From Octopus sinensis (Eukaryota), in assembly GCF_006345805.1 (NCBI RefSeq), contig NC_042999.1, positions 79,360,001-79,424,000 on the forward strand: 64,000 nt of DNA, in the 5' to 3' direction. Both the position numbers and the translations under genes were made by a program. A model generated the notes under the pieces. The model had not been told where the DNA came from, searched no databases, and saw only the letters and a program-made list of their open reading frames with translations. Below, one piece after another: positions 28,557 to 42,253 of the stretch. Each line of letters opens with the position of its first letter. Position 1 is the first letter of the stretch.

Positions 28557-28753
28557 GTAGCTCCCTCGTTGTTCATCTCCTCCAATCTCAATAGTCACTT
28601 TTAATTCATTGAATTCCTTTTTCTTCACCACTCTCCCTCAAATATGAATGTGTATTGGGAATGCGTACTTGGTGTGTGAATGTGCGCGCGCGCGTGTGTA
28701 ATCTGGATTTATGTGAGATGGGGTGAATGTATTCCTATACAACTTAAAGATGT

Positions 28754-28813
<60 letters not shown>

Positions 28814-29289
28814 TGACGCACGCACATGCACACACCCACATATCAAATACTAGACAGCATAAATTCTTCTGTTATCAAAATTACTTCCACGTCAAGACGA
28901 TGTCAGTTACCAAAGAGCAGTTAAGATCATCTTCATATGAGAAAGGAAGATAATCTCAAGAACCAAGATTTCGCCAAAGCTGTCATATTATGGAAAAGAA
29001 CGAGATTATTGTGTGGAGATGGGAGGACAACACTTGTGAACACTCGTTTCTGCCACAATGGTCATCATCAGCACGACAGTTGTCTAAGGACACAAGTGTG
29101 GAAAATGATGCACTACGGGCAAGGCAGTAGCGAATGTGGCTGTCACGACTAAATGAAGGAATGGGTGGAAGAGAGAAGAAATGGAATTTGCAGAGTCATG
29201 TTTTAAGCGGTGGTAAATGGTGCGTAGTAGAGGCAGGGTGATGAATAACGGGTAATGGGATCGAGTGTCTCCTTTACCTTTCTGCAAAA

Positions 29290-29420
29290 CTTTTTCTGCC
29301 ATGTTTAGTGCAGAGGGCCGAAAGTATGAAGTTGTCCGACAATTTAAAGCATGGAATGAAAAAAATGAGATGAAGGGCTAGCGTCCGAAACGTTAACAAA
29401 ATTTCCTTTCGTTTTAAAGA
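29290..29420 (+). mobile_element. Penelope-like pLTR fragment with decayed hammerhead-like core
   Basis: gagatga-a-gggc-tagc-gtcc-gaaacgtt at 29367-29394. Confidence 0.35.
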
Positions 29421-30559
29421 GTAAAACTAATACAAAATTTATAAAAACTGGTCCCTTTTGTGTTGAATTTCTGTTCATTGCCTTCAGAACATACTTTTTT
29501 TTCTACGCTTACACAGACCTCTTATCTTTACACTCGTGCAAACACAGAAACATGCACACCCAGAGTTCTATTGTTATAAAAAAATGTATTTTCACTAATA
29601 AATCTTCGACAAGGCTAAAGAATATGGCAACGAATACAGTTGATTACATCGACTTACTTGATTTCGGGGACTGTATGTTATCGACCCCTGCGGAATAAAA
29701 GTATACTTGACCCTAGCATGTGACCAACCGCAAAAAATATCGCATGACTTGATCGATTCTTGACGACGCTTGATCGATTCTGCCAATCCCGTTACCCTAA
29801 AATACTTCTTTTGATAACCCTCCACAGTTCGAGACTTTCTCTGAAATGTCTCCGTGGACAGAAACTCCGGGGTCGTTCTAAACGATTTCAGTTCTGCTTG
29901 GAATTTCCCCGGAAAAAGTACAAAAGACTTCCTTTCTCCACATACCAATTTATATAAAGACAAACCAAGATATAGCTAAACTGGTGAGTATAATTTGCAT
30001 AATAATGCATTTCTAATTATCCAGTAAACAATGTCTGTGCATTATTTATTTATTGATTAATTAACTACATTGCCAGCAAATGCACCATTGTGCAAGCTAT
30101 ATTGAAATTAATATATAAACATATTTGCATTATGTAATGTGTCCGCTTTCTTAAACGATTCGGCTGTTGTTGTAGCTATTGGTATTAAAGATGACGGCGA
30201 TTACAAGTGCAATAGATTACAGAAGGCAAGGCAATGAAAGAGAGGCGGAAAAGACATGTGGCAAGAAGAAGGGAGAAGAAGATTATTAGAAGAGGAAGAT
30301 GGGACCAAGCCGGAGAAAGTAAGACCCGACAGAGAGACACTAAGAGAGAATTGTTTAGTGTGGAGTGCCAAAGGTGTGAAGTTGTCCGTCAATTTGAAAC
30401 GTGAGATGAGACAAATAAGATGAAAAACTATCCAGCTCCAACTCTCTTTCTCCTCTCACTCGCACACCCTTTCACCCTCTTACTCACTCCCTGTCTCTGT
30501 CTCTGGTCTCTGTCTCTTCCTTTCTCTCTTCTATCAACTGTATCATGTTTCACCTATGA

Positions 30560-30642
30560 GTTCGTTGATGTTAACGTTATCGTCACAGCTGTTGTTCATT
30601 TTGTTGTCGTAATCATTGTTGTTGTCATTTATAATAATGGTA

Positions 30643-30680
<38 letters not shown>

Positions 30681-31035
30681 AGTGAGGATGAGGACGAGGA
30701 GGAGGAAGAGAAGGGGGAACTCAGTCGTTGTTGCCATTATAAATATTGCTGTCATCGTTTCGTTAATCGCAGCCGAAAACGTTATTGTTGTTGTTGACGA
30801 TGATGATGATGATGATGATGATGGTAATGATGATGATGAGGATGATGATGATTATTATTATGATGATGATTATGATGATGATAATGATGATGACGACGAC
30901 GACGACGACGATGATGATGTTGATGATGATGATGATGATAACGATGACGGCAGCGATGAGGAAGTTGAAGGAAGGGGCGGCAAAGATGATGATAACGATG
31001 ATAATATAGCTGCTGTTGCTGTTGTTGTTGTTCAT
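30560..31035. repeat. Compound (GAT)n/(GAC)n/(GTT)n trinucleotide array
   Basis: Direct tandem repeats. Confidence 0.9.
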
Positions 31036-31798
31036 CTTTTCGGCTACAGTTTAATATTAGATATGACACCTTGTTGTGTTAACACTAGCCATTTAGGGTT
31101 TAGGGAGCAGTTAACTCCCTGAGGAAAAGTGGCATTCGAATAGAAACGAACACAGAAATAATGCACCAAAAGAATATTGGTAGTATCGCACAGTTTCGCA
31201 CACAGTCAGAGAACATGTCCATGCTACATTCACAAGCATACACATGTACTGACACATGTAAGTACAAATACATACACACATATACATGTGTGGACGAAGG
31301 CACGGATGAGTGGTTAGGAGGTACGAATTGCAACCATGATATCTTGTGCTCAATCGCATTGTGCAGCATTCTGAGCAAATGTCTTCCATTGTAGCTTTGA
31401 TCTATCGAATCCTGATTAGAATATATCACTTACAAGAATCGGTCATATATTAGACTAGTTACACGTTAATTTCAACATCGAATGTACGAAATCCGAAGAG
31501 AAAGCGTTTACGGTCTTATTTAAGAAAGAACGAGACTTTTATCATATTTAAACCTTTCTTTCAGCTTTTTTGATTTACGCAGATATTCTTTCATTTACGA
31601 ATAGCAGTCATATATATATGTGTGTGTGTGTGTGTGTGTTCATGTTTGTGTGTGTGTGTGTGTCTGTAAGTGATACATAATTGAGACTCGGGTAAAAACC
31701 TTGTTGAATGCTGTACAAAGCTCGTCCACAGTTATTGGCTAGCTGATGTCATTATACAGCAGAAATGCACATACACCTGAATTTAATTTCTGTGTCTG

Positions 31799-31886
<88 letters not shown>

Positions 31887-32838
31887 GTCTATCTATCTAT
31901 CTATCTACATACACATATACATACATACATGCATACATACATATATATGCGTGTGCATGCAAAAGTGACCCAAAATTGAACAAAATTTAGAAAAAGTAAA
32001 AGAAAGTGAACGAGTTTGGTTGATAGTCGGATGACCAGATGATCGGATAGATTGCGGGACGGGCTGAAGGAGAAATAGATGGGTGGATGGATGAGGAAAA
32101 AAACGTAAGACGTGTGAAATAAATAGAAAATAAAAATAAAAATGAAAACGGGGTAAGAAAGGTGGCGGTCTGGAAGAAGGCATAAAATTTGTGGGATCCA
32201 TGAATAAAAAAAAAAAATGAGATGAGTTTGATGACTAGAAGATTAAATGACTGGATGGAATGGGTAAGACAGAGGTGAAGTGTGAAATAAAAAAAAAATT
32301 ATACAAAGGGAAAGTAAGGCGGTTCTATAAGAAAGAATAATAGCGATGCGATGATCGGAAAGGAAAAGACGAAGAAGTTTTAAGCAGAAAGAAATTATAA
32401 TGTGTTATAAGAAGCTAAAGGACTGGACAGAACTCACATCTGCCTTCTTCCCCACTCGCATCTTATCTCTATGTGTGTAAGTTCATTGTCTTAAACTACG
32501 CATGCCTTATCCTACGTCCGCTCCACACCGAACACTAACAGTATTTCACACCTTTATCGCTCGATTTCTTTGCCTGTCTTCTGCTGCACCTCACACAACC
32601 ACCACCACCACCACTACTATCAACACCACTGGCCAACCAAGACGAAGAAACGAAATACAATAAGAGCTACAGATAAAAAAAAAGGGAGAAAAAGAACAGA
32701 AAAAAATCCCGCTTTTATTTCCAATTATATTTCGGTTCATCCATATGTTCAGTCTTTTGTTATCCTCTCATTCGTTCTCTAACCCCTCTCTTCCCATATA
32801 GCGTTATTTCTCTCTTATATGAATGTATTATACATACA

Positions 32839-32965
<127 letters not shown>

Positions 32966-32984
32966 TATATATATGTATATATAT

Positions 32985-33015
<31 letters not shown>

Positions 33016-33264
33016 TTAGAAAGAGAGAGAGAGAGAAAGAGTGAGAGAGAGAGAGAGAAAAAGAGAGAGTGAGAGTGAAATAGAGAGAGATTCGCTTGCC
33101 TGTTATCTATCTGTTTCTGTCTGTCAGTCTCCTCTCTCTCTCTTTTTATAGTATGAGACTGTTTGGTCGACAGCTGACGAGGAACAACGCGTTTACTTTC
33201 GTCTGAGTGAATTTTTTCCCGATTTTCAACATTTATTTATCGTCCCTATGTGCCATCTTCTATA

Positions 33265-33299
<35 letters not shown>

Positions 33300-33305
<6 letters not shown>

Positions 33306-33390
33306 GACGCAAACACACCAGCATCGGTTGTCAAGCGATGTTGGGGGACAAACACAGTCATACAAACACACACACACATATATATACCGT
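33300..33390 (-). mobile_element. SINE family B, internal fragment
   Basis: aaacacaccagcatcggttgtcaagcgatgttgggggacaaac is identical in motif to the family B body. Confidence 0.7.
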
Positions 33391-34181
33391 GGTCCAGTTG
33401 ATAGCTGGGAGTGAAATTTTACATAATATATCTGCAAATGTGTGTGTGTGTGTGTTTATACATAAGTATACATAAGTACAAAGCACTATACTCAGGTACA
33501 CACTCTCATATACGAATTTAATTCACAAGTACGAATAATATTTGCATATAGACACCTATATCTTTCCCGTTCCACTTTCCTTTGGCACTTGCTAACCATT
33601 ACCGGGAGGCTGTGTGATATTCCTTAAAACTTGGAAAGAAATCTCAATATAAAACAAGTTTTTGTTTTGGTGATATTCAGTACACCACCCTTTAAATAAA
33701 TATGTTAAATCCATACCATTGGCTACTTTCAATTATTTCCCTGGGTTAATTGTACTTTGAGTTTTCTGAATCATTTTTGGCCAAATATATACTCAAAACT
33801 TTTTCTGTATGTACCGAGCAGCAGGCCTGTGCAGATTGTACTACACTGACGAGGTCAAATAGACCAAAGCGTATTTCTATTTTTGATTTTTGTCTGAAAA
33901 AAAAAAGTGTGTGTGTGTGCACTTTTCCCTGCTCCAAAAATTAATTTCCCATTTACTTTGGGAGTCATTAACAGTATACGCTAATTTTTCTAAAAAAAAA
34001 AAATAATAATAAATAAATAAATAAAAGACAGGAAGGAATGTCAAATTAGGAATAATAGACACACACACACATACATATTAATCATACGTAACTTGGGACG
34101 CAATTGTTTTCCGCATTTAGTTACGATTATCTAGGTTTTGAGTTCAAATCCCATTCAGGCACTATTTCCATTATCAGTATA

Positions 34182-34214
<33 letters not shown>

Positions 34215-34227
34215 TATATATGTGTGT

Positions 34228-34280
<53 letters not shown>

Positions 34281-34902
34281 CAGTCATATACTGAGGTCGA
34301 ATAAATAGACTGTTATTTTCTTGTGTCATGGAAGAAACCATTTTTATATTATTTTTTCTCTGGATGAATAAAATAATTGCAATGTTGGCGTTAGTGATGG
34401 ACTTGCTGATAAAGATGGCGATGCTGGCTTTCATCATATCGCTAGTATTGGTGGTCAAGATAACGGGGACGATGATGATGATGGTCATGATTAAGATGGT
34501 GATGGAAATGGCGGGAAAGATGATGATGATGCTCTTGTTGTTGGGGTGTCAGTGGTGATGATAGTTGCAGCGGTGGCGCAGGAGGTGGTGATACTGGTGT
34601 TGTCCATGATGGTAGTGGTGATGTTGGTGGCGGTGATGACAGTTCTGGCGGTGTTGATGTTGATGATCTTTGTGTGGAAATCGCTGCTGGAGGTGTCGAT
34701 GACTGATGGTGTGATGACAAGGTTTGTGACCATCCATCAAAAGAGATGATGTGGATGACTTACGGTACCAATTTCCAATGGAAGGAGCAGCATGACACCA
34801 GAAGAATCCTATGACTGGATCATCGTCATCGTCGTTGTCACCATAGCTACTATTATCAGCAACATCATCCTCGTTAAATTCGTCTTTCAGATTCTAATTA
34901 TT

Positions 34903-35308
34903 CTCTTTTACTCTTTTACTCGTTTACTTGTTTCAGTCATTTGACTGCGGCCATGCTGGAGCACCGCCTTTAGCCGAGCAAATCGACGCCAGGACTTATT
35001 CTTTGTAAACCTAGTACTTATTCTATCGGTCTCTTTTGCCGAACAGCTAGGTTACGGGGACGTAAACACACCAGCATCGGTTGTCAAGCAATGTTGGGGG
35101 GACAAAGTCATACAAACACACACACACACATATATATTATACATATACATATATACGACGGGTTTCTTTCAGTTTCCGTCTGCCAAATCCACTCACAAGG
35201 CTTTGGTCGGCCCGAGGCTATAGTAGAAGACACTTGCCCAAGGTGCCACGCAGTGGGACAGAACCCGGAACCATGTGGCTGGTAAGCAAGCTACCTACAA
35301 CACAGCCT
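34903..35308 (-). mobile_element. SINE family B, full length
   Basis: Near-identical to the reverse complement of 62735-63130, including the (gagtaaaa) tail. Confidence 0.9.
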
Positions 35309-35845
35309 ATATTGTTATGAAATTAATGTTCTGTTTGATGCTTGTGGTGGTGGTTGGAGTCAAAGGGTGGAGTGTTGAGATAACAGTTGTTGGTAGTGCT
35401 GTATGGAAGGTTGTAATGTGAATGATGTTTGGTGAAGATAATGGTGTTGGCTATAGCAGTGATGCTGATGGCGTCAGTGGACTTGACGATAATGTTGCTG
35501 ATTATAGTAGCAGTGGTACCAGCAGCAACGACAGCGACAACAGTAGTAGCAGTAGTAGTAATAGTTGTAGTAGTAATAGTAGACGGTGAACTTTTGATAA
35601 TGTGGAGGTTGTCAAGTAATATTAATTATAGTAGTTAGTGTAGTTATTGTGGTATAGATGATGATGATGATGATGATGATGATAATGACGACGATGATGA
35701 TGGTGATGATGATGACGGAATTGGCTAGGGGTTTTTTATTTTTTTTTATTGCACATCCTTCGTTGTCATCATTGTTGGTGATAATAATGGTGATTAAATT
35801 AGCAGCAGCAGCAACCATAACAATAACAGCAATATTATTATTATA

Positions 35846-35885
<40 letters not shown>

Positions 35886-35977
35886 GATGATGATGATGAT
35901 GATTATGATGATGATGATGATTTATTATCATCATCATCATCGTGGTCGTCATCATCATCATCATCATTATTATTTAT

Positions 35978-38176
35978 TGTCTTTGTACAACTTCTAACGC
36001 TAGAAATATACTACGGTGCCAGCTGTTCTCTACCAGTGAACTAAAGTAACACCCCTTATTTTTGGAGCACCATCCGGAGTATTCGAATGGTTCCAAACAG
36101 TGCTGTTTTCTGCAAGTGCTCACTATTCCCAGGGCTCCGACAATTATTGGTAATACTACCACCTTTTTCATCGACCACAACAGCTTAACCTCCCAAGCTA
36201 ACCTGTCATATCAATCGACTTTTCTTTCTTCCTTATCGCATACTTTGTTGTCAGCTGGGCATGCTATATCTATGATCCAGCATCATTTCTTTCTTTCTCA
36301 ATTAACACTATGTCTGGTTTCCTATTCTCTGTCTCACGATTGCACTGAATCATAAAATCCCATAGGATCTTTATATTATCATTTTCGATGATGCCTTCGG
36401 GTTTCCGTTCGTACCACTTTTTTGCTCTGTGTGAAGTCCATACTTTTCAGCGACCACAAATTTTGCACTTACCACTTTCTGATGTATTGTCTATTCCATA
36501 TTTGATGTAATTGGTTCTTAATGCTTGCTCTTGGGCAGCACAGATTAGAGCCTCCGTTTCCGGTTTTAAATCACTTTTAGCCATCCATAGCCATCATTTT
36601 TCTCTGTATGTCTTATCTTCAACATCCCTATGAAATTGTTCATGCATTCTTTTCTTTATCCACCTATTTTCAGTTTCATTCATTCTCAAGTGTTTGTACT
36701 TTGCTGTATCTTTGCAATCGTCCATCCTACACAAGCCTGACCTCCTTCCAATAATAGTGGTTCTGTGGTATTTTTTACATATCGTGCTATGTTGTTTTCT
36801 TGTATTCTAATGCTGTGTTTGCATCCAATCAGTTCTCTTCCCCCTCTTTTTTTTTGGTGCCTACAGTCTGTCTGTGTCACTTTTTGGGTGGAGTATCTCA
36901 TATCTAGTCAGCAACTTCCTTGTCTTTCTGTCTAAGCTGTTTAGTTCATCTACTGTCCATGCGATTACTCCTGCTCCATATCTAAGAAGTGAAATTGCTC
37001 AAGTGTTGATAACTTCAATCTTATTCCGTTCGTTTAATTTCGAATTAAGGATCAGTCACAGTCTGCGCAAGTATTCCACCTTAAATTTTTCTCTCATTTC
37101 TTTCTCCATGAATTTATCCATTTCCAAAATCTCCAAGTACTTATAGCCCGTCTCTTCTATCTGCTTCATAAACATCTCCCGACGGTATCGTTAGCCCGTC
37201 CATACATTTGATTTTGCCTCTCTTCAACACTAACGCACCACACTTTCTCAGTCCGAACTTCATTCTGATATCAGCACTGAGAGCATTCACCGTATCAACG
37301 AAAGAACTGATGTGGGATTAATTTTTACCAAAAAGTTTGAGGTCATTTTGTTGACGGCTTTTGAATACTTACCCAGCTTTTGCTTTCCTCAGAATCAATG
37401 TTAATGGTATCATGCACAGTACAAAGATCAGTGGATACAAGAAAAGGTGTCACGCCGTCAAGTGTGATGTCACAGATAAAACCGGATACGTAATGAAGTG
37501 TATTGGACATTTTAGGAATCTTTTGCTTGCGCTTGAGATCATGGCGCTCTCACTTTACTGAGACTGCAACCCATATAGGCACCAGATATTTTTCCTTGGT
37601 TGGTGCCTCTCCTGATTTCTATTGTCCATAAACGTCTTCCATACACTATCAGTTCCGTCCTCTACTTCACCATAATTTTTCCAAGCCATCGCTCAACATT
37701 CGATGCAATACCAAATATGTTCATACATTCCATAATCCAAGAATGTGCGATCATATCGTACGCCTTACGGTAATCGATCCATGACATGGCTAAGTTAATT
37801 TTTCTCCTCTTGCAGCCTCTAAGTGCAGTTTTGTCTACCAGGGGTTGATCTTTGGTACCTCTGCACTTACGCTTGCACCCCCCCCCTGCACATTTGACAT
37901 GACTTTATTTTTTTCTAGATGTCCGTACATTGACTCTGCGACTATTCCAGTCAATAATTTCCACATAAGTAGCTAGCAGGATATCGGCTTGTAATTGTCT
38001 ACCGTATTGTCTTTTTCGATGTTCTTCAAGCACTGCAATGTCCAACTCATTGTTAACGACTCTGGTGTTACTTCGCCAGCATTTAACAAGGTGTTGAGTT
38101 GTGCAGCTATTCGTGCATGACATTTACCAAATCTTTTGATCCAGTAGCCTTGAACTCTATCTGATACCTGGGGCCT
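35978..38176 (-). mobile_element. R4/Dong-clade LINE (RT plus restriction-like endonuclease), 5'-truncated and decayed
   Basis: Pieced translation: KAQVSDRVQGYWIKRF; [10 protein letters not shown]; EIRRG../PLIFVLCMIPLTLILRK; DLKLFGK; YKYLEI; AAQEQALRTNYIK...CKICG; KILWDF...RKPDIVL...IIDIACP...K (PD-(D/E)xK); VVLPIIVGALG; LQKTALFGTIRILRMVLQK* (stop 36056-58). Short 3' UTR; both ends abut TAA/TAG/TGA microsatellites. Confidence 0.92.
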
Positions 38177-38177
38177 T

Positions 38178-38178
38178 C

Positions 38179-38230
<52 letters not shown>

Positions 38231-38241
38231 AACTACTACTA

Positions 38242-38273
<32 letters not shown>

Positions 38274-38277
38274 ACTT

Positions 38278-38316
<39 letters not shown>

Positions 38317-38355
38317 TTATTATTATTATTAGTAGTAGTAGAAGTAGTAGGAGCC

Positions 38356-38406
<51 letters not shown>

Positions 38407-38407
38407 T
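38178..38407. repeat. (CTA)n/(TTA)n/(TAG)n microsatellite
   Basis: Direct tandem repeat at the 5' junction of the Dong element. Confidence 0.9.
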
Positions 38408-39755
38408 AGTGGTCGTAGACTCAGTGATGATACTTTAGCCAGGGTCAGGATTGATGAAGCAGACCTGATAAAGCATTCTAGCCATGACCACCTCCGCTTT
38501 ATTCTGTGTGTAGGGAATCTCGGAGTCACAATATCCAACATGTACATTCCTCTCAACAAAAGTGGAAGTGTGATTTGAGGAAAACCCGGGTGCTAATTCT
38601 AGCCGGTCGTGAAACGACAGGCTCCGTCATTGACTCCTCTGGAGGTAGTTAGGGTAGGTAGTACTAGTTTTTGTTGTTAGTGGTGATGAATTGACAGGGG
38701 TGGTGGTGGTAGTGGTGAAAGAAATGGCAGCACAGTGGTGAGGTAGCGGTGGTGGTGTTGGTGCTGCTGCCAGTGGTGGTGGTGGTGGTGATGGGATACA
38801 AGAAAAGGTGTCACGCCGTCAAGTGTGATGTCACATATCAAAAATATAATTAAAGAAAAAAAAAAGAGAACATTAATGAAGGCGGGAACAATGCAGCTTC
38901 CATTTTAGGTAACTTTGTCACATTTCCAAGGCAAGTAGGGAAAAAAGATAATGAAAAAAAAAATCAGACTTGCCCAATCACTCATACTTAATAGTTCCCC
39001 TGCCTTATACTTCCGCATTACCATCATCATCACCACCACCACCATACAAATAGCTATTCTTAGCCATCCTCTGAACCTCCAGTAGTCTTGTCTTTGATTC
39101 TCCAAATTACTGTTGCCTCATCTTTAATACTTCTCGTCGTACACTGCTTCCCAGATGTCATGCCTTCTTCCTCTTCCACTGTTTCGTCTTATTCTATCAT
39201 TGCCTCTTTTGTTCCTGCCGTTCTTGCAGCGGCTGCTGCTGCTGCTTACAGCATCCATCTCACCTTTCACCTCTTGTCTTTTGTCTCTCACCTCTCGCCT
39301 ATCAGTTCTCAAATGTTGCCTGTCTGTTTGATTGTTTGTATGTCTTGTCTTTCACTATCTGTCTCGCTAAAACCAATCCTCTTCCCTTCAAAAGCTTACT
39401 AAGTCAAGATTACCAAATTAATTTCTTGAAAAGCAGTGCAAAATATTCAAAAATTAGTGGATTGTGACAGAAAGTAAGACAAAATGAAAATTTTCCTAGA
39501 GACCTTTAGACCAAACATGCAACCCTGTAATGCATACATACTGGCATATATATATATATAACTGCAGGCAAACATAAGGATTCCAATATAATTTGCTGAT
39601 AATTCAATATTTTGATATGGATTCTTACCTTAGAGATAAAAATTTAAAGTAAATTTTGTTTTTTAACGTAATCAGGAAACAAAATGTTACATATATTCGA
39701 GAAAATAACGTAATCTCTGACTAACATGTAATCCAATGTGGCAATTTTTGGTAGA

Positions 39756-39792
<37 letters not shown>

Positions 39793-40028
39793 CTCTCTCT
39801 CTTTCTGTGTGTCTGTCTCTCTCGCTCTCTACCTGACTACCCCTCTAACTTTCTCTATTAATTCTTGGAAACCCTTTTATAAGGAAGGAACTGATTTCTA
39901 GAAAGAGTTACCAAGCTGAATCTTAGAATCTGATTACACATTGAATACATACACACACACTCACGCATACACTTACGCACTCACACATACGCACACACAC
40001 AAATGTGTATGTGTATATATATCTATAG

Positions 40029-40098
<70 letters not shown>

Positions 40099-41955
40099 AT
40101 ATACATACATACATATAAGCTCTACATACACACACACATATAGGATTTACATCTGTACATATATGTGAGCACCCTGATACATGTGACAGATATATTGATA
40201 TACATGTATGCATGTATGTTACACGCAATCGGGTCGTCGGCGACTAAACAGGCTTCTCACCAGGCTATCCAGCACGACTAATGGCAAAACCTCTCAAAAG
40301 TTCGGATGAATCCAGATAAAACCGGATACGTAATGAAGTGTATTGGACATTTTAGGAATCTTTTGCTTGCGCTTGAGATCATGGCGCTCTCACTTTACAG
40401 AGACTGCAACCCATATTGGCAGCAGATATTTTTCCTTGACTTGTCTTTGGATCATATCAATAAAGTCGGGAGGGTGTATAAGGTGTTGTGCAGCCCTTAT
40501 TGGCCCCCAAAAAGTTTGAATAGGCCTTCATTTGTCAGAGCTGGCTGTGCTCGTCTACTTATTTATATGCATACCAACATATATACATGACAAATGTAAA
40601 ACGCATCTTAATGGACGTTTTGTCATTAAGTATAACTTTAAGTCTGTCCTGCAGTCTTTCTTAGTCTAATTTTATGATTCCTGCACCATTGCTGCCCATT
40701 CTTGGTTTCTTTTTTCTTTTATATTTTGACCGAGAGAAACTATGTTTTTTCACTCGGCGTGTTCCATCTGCACTGAAGACATACTGCAATCACGTTTTAT
40801 ATGACGTGTTGCTGCACTTTTTCTGCGGTTGACAACTGTAAAATATTTGAAGTAAATGGGAATGAAACTATTTGATGACCAGTCGAAGAGTTGTGGCACT
40901 TAGCAGATTTGCTTGTTATGTCAAGTGATTCATGTCCATTTATCTCAGAAAATTGATACAAAGCTTTCTGGACAGCACAAGTAAATGTATCATCAATCTG
41001 AGCCCTTTTCCCGATATTTATTTCATGAATTCATTAAATATTAATGTATCTAGCAAGTATCAGAAATGTTAAACACAAAACGCAATTATGGAATAATTTT
41101 TCTATCAATTATACATCATAGCAAGCAGTATAATCTGACTTGAAAATATTTATAAAGACGTTAAATTTTACCTTTATATCAAAGCTTATTTTCATCTAAA
41201 ATGTACTAAGTTACATATCTCAGATGATACTTTTCACCAGAGCTGTGTATGAATACACCCACGAAAAACATCTGTAATCACAACACGCTGCCCACAAATA
41301 CCCACACGAATACACAAACACAGATAATAAGTATGGATATGAATGCTTACAAAGCAAAATATAAAGAACGGGTGACATTTCCAACCTTTTATCATTCAAA
41401 TAGTTGATATTAAAGAACTTGTTTTCATTCAAAATAACGTATAATGAACATATAATGATAGGTTTTATGAAGAATTCTATTCAAAGTTTTCACTTGTAAT
41501 TTCATATGACCTAGCGCCCATTGAAACGTTATTTTAGTTTTTGTATTTTCGTACCCATTTTACACTCTTTTCTTCTTATTCTTTGACACTTTAGGTGTTT
41601 CTCGATCAGTCGCTATTGGTTTAATATGGCATACAATTTTGTTACACCAATTTCAATAAACGCACAAACGGGCATCCATATGGTCTTTAACTTCTTAATT
41701 ATTTTCCATCATTATTTTGATAGTACAGTCGCAACAATAAAAGAGAAATCATTATTATTATTATTATTATTATTATATCCTCATCATTATCATCATCGTC
41801 ATCGTCATCATCGTCATCGTCATCGTTATCATCATCTTCGTCGTCGTCGTCCTCTCCTCCTCCTCCTCCTCATTATAAGCATGATGATGATGATCATCAT
41901 CATCATCGACCTCAATTTTCTGGTTCTACTACATTAGTAACAATTTCATATATAT

Positions 41956-42055
<100 letters not shown>

Positions 42056-42057
42056 AT

Positions 42058-42109
<52 letters not shown>

Positions 42110-42217
42110 CAACACGAACAAAGGCCGCTACCAAATAGAAAAAAGAAACCCACTGGAATATTGCTTCTGCTGCTAATGCCGTTGTAGTTGTTGTTGTAGC
42201 GGCAGCAGCAGTAACAT

Positions 42218-42253
<36 letters not shown>

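Noticed and set aside
29990-30135. Two ATTTGCAT octamers plus TAATTA motifs as a POU enhancer
   Set aside because: AT-rich motifs are frequent at this base composition; no independent support.
30420-31122. Poly-Asp/Met/His ORFs resembling acidic biomineralisation proteins
   Set aside because: They derive from a (GAT)n array, with no splice signals or unique flanking coding sequence.
39615-39650. Possible recursive splice site (tttttatctctAAG|GTAAGA, minus strand)
   Set aside because: Non-YAG acceptor, and gene span over this position is unproven.
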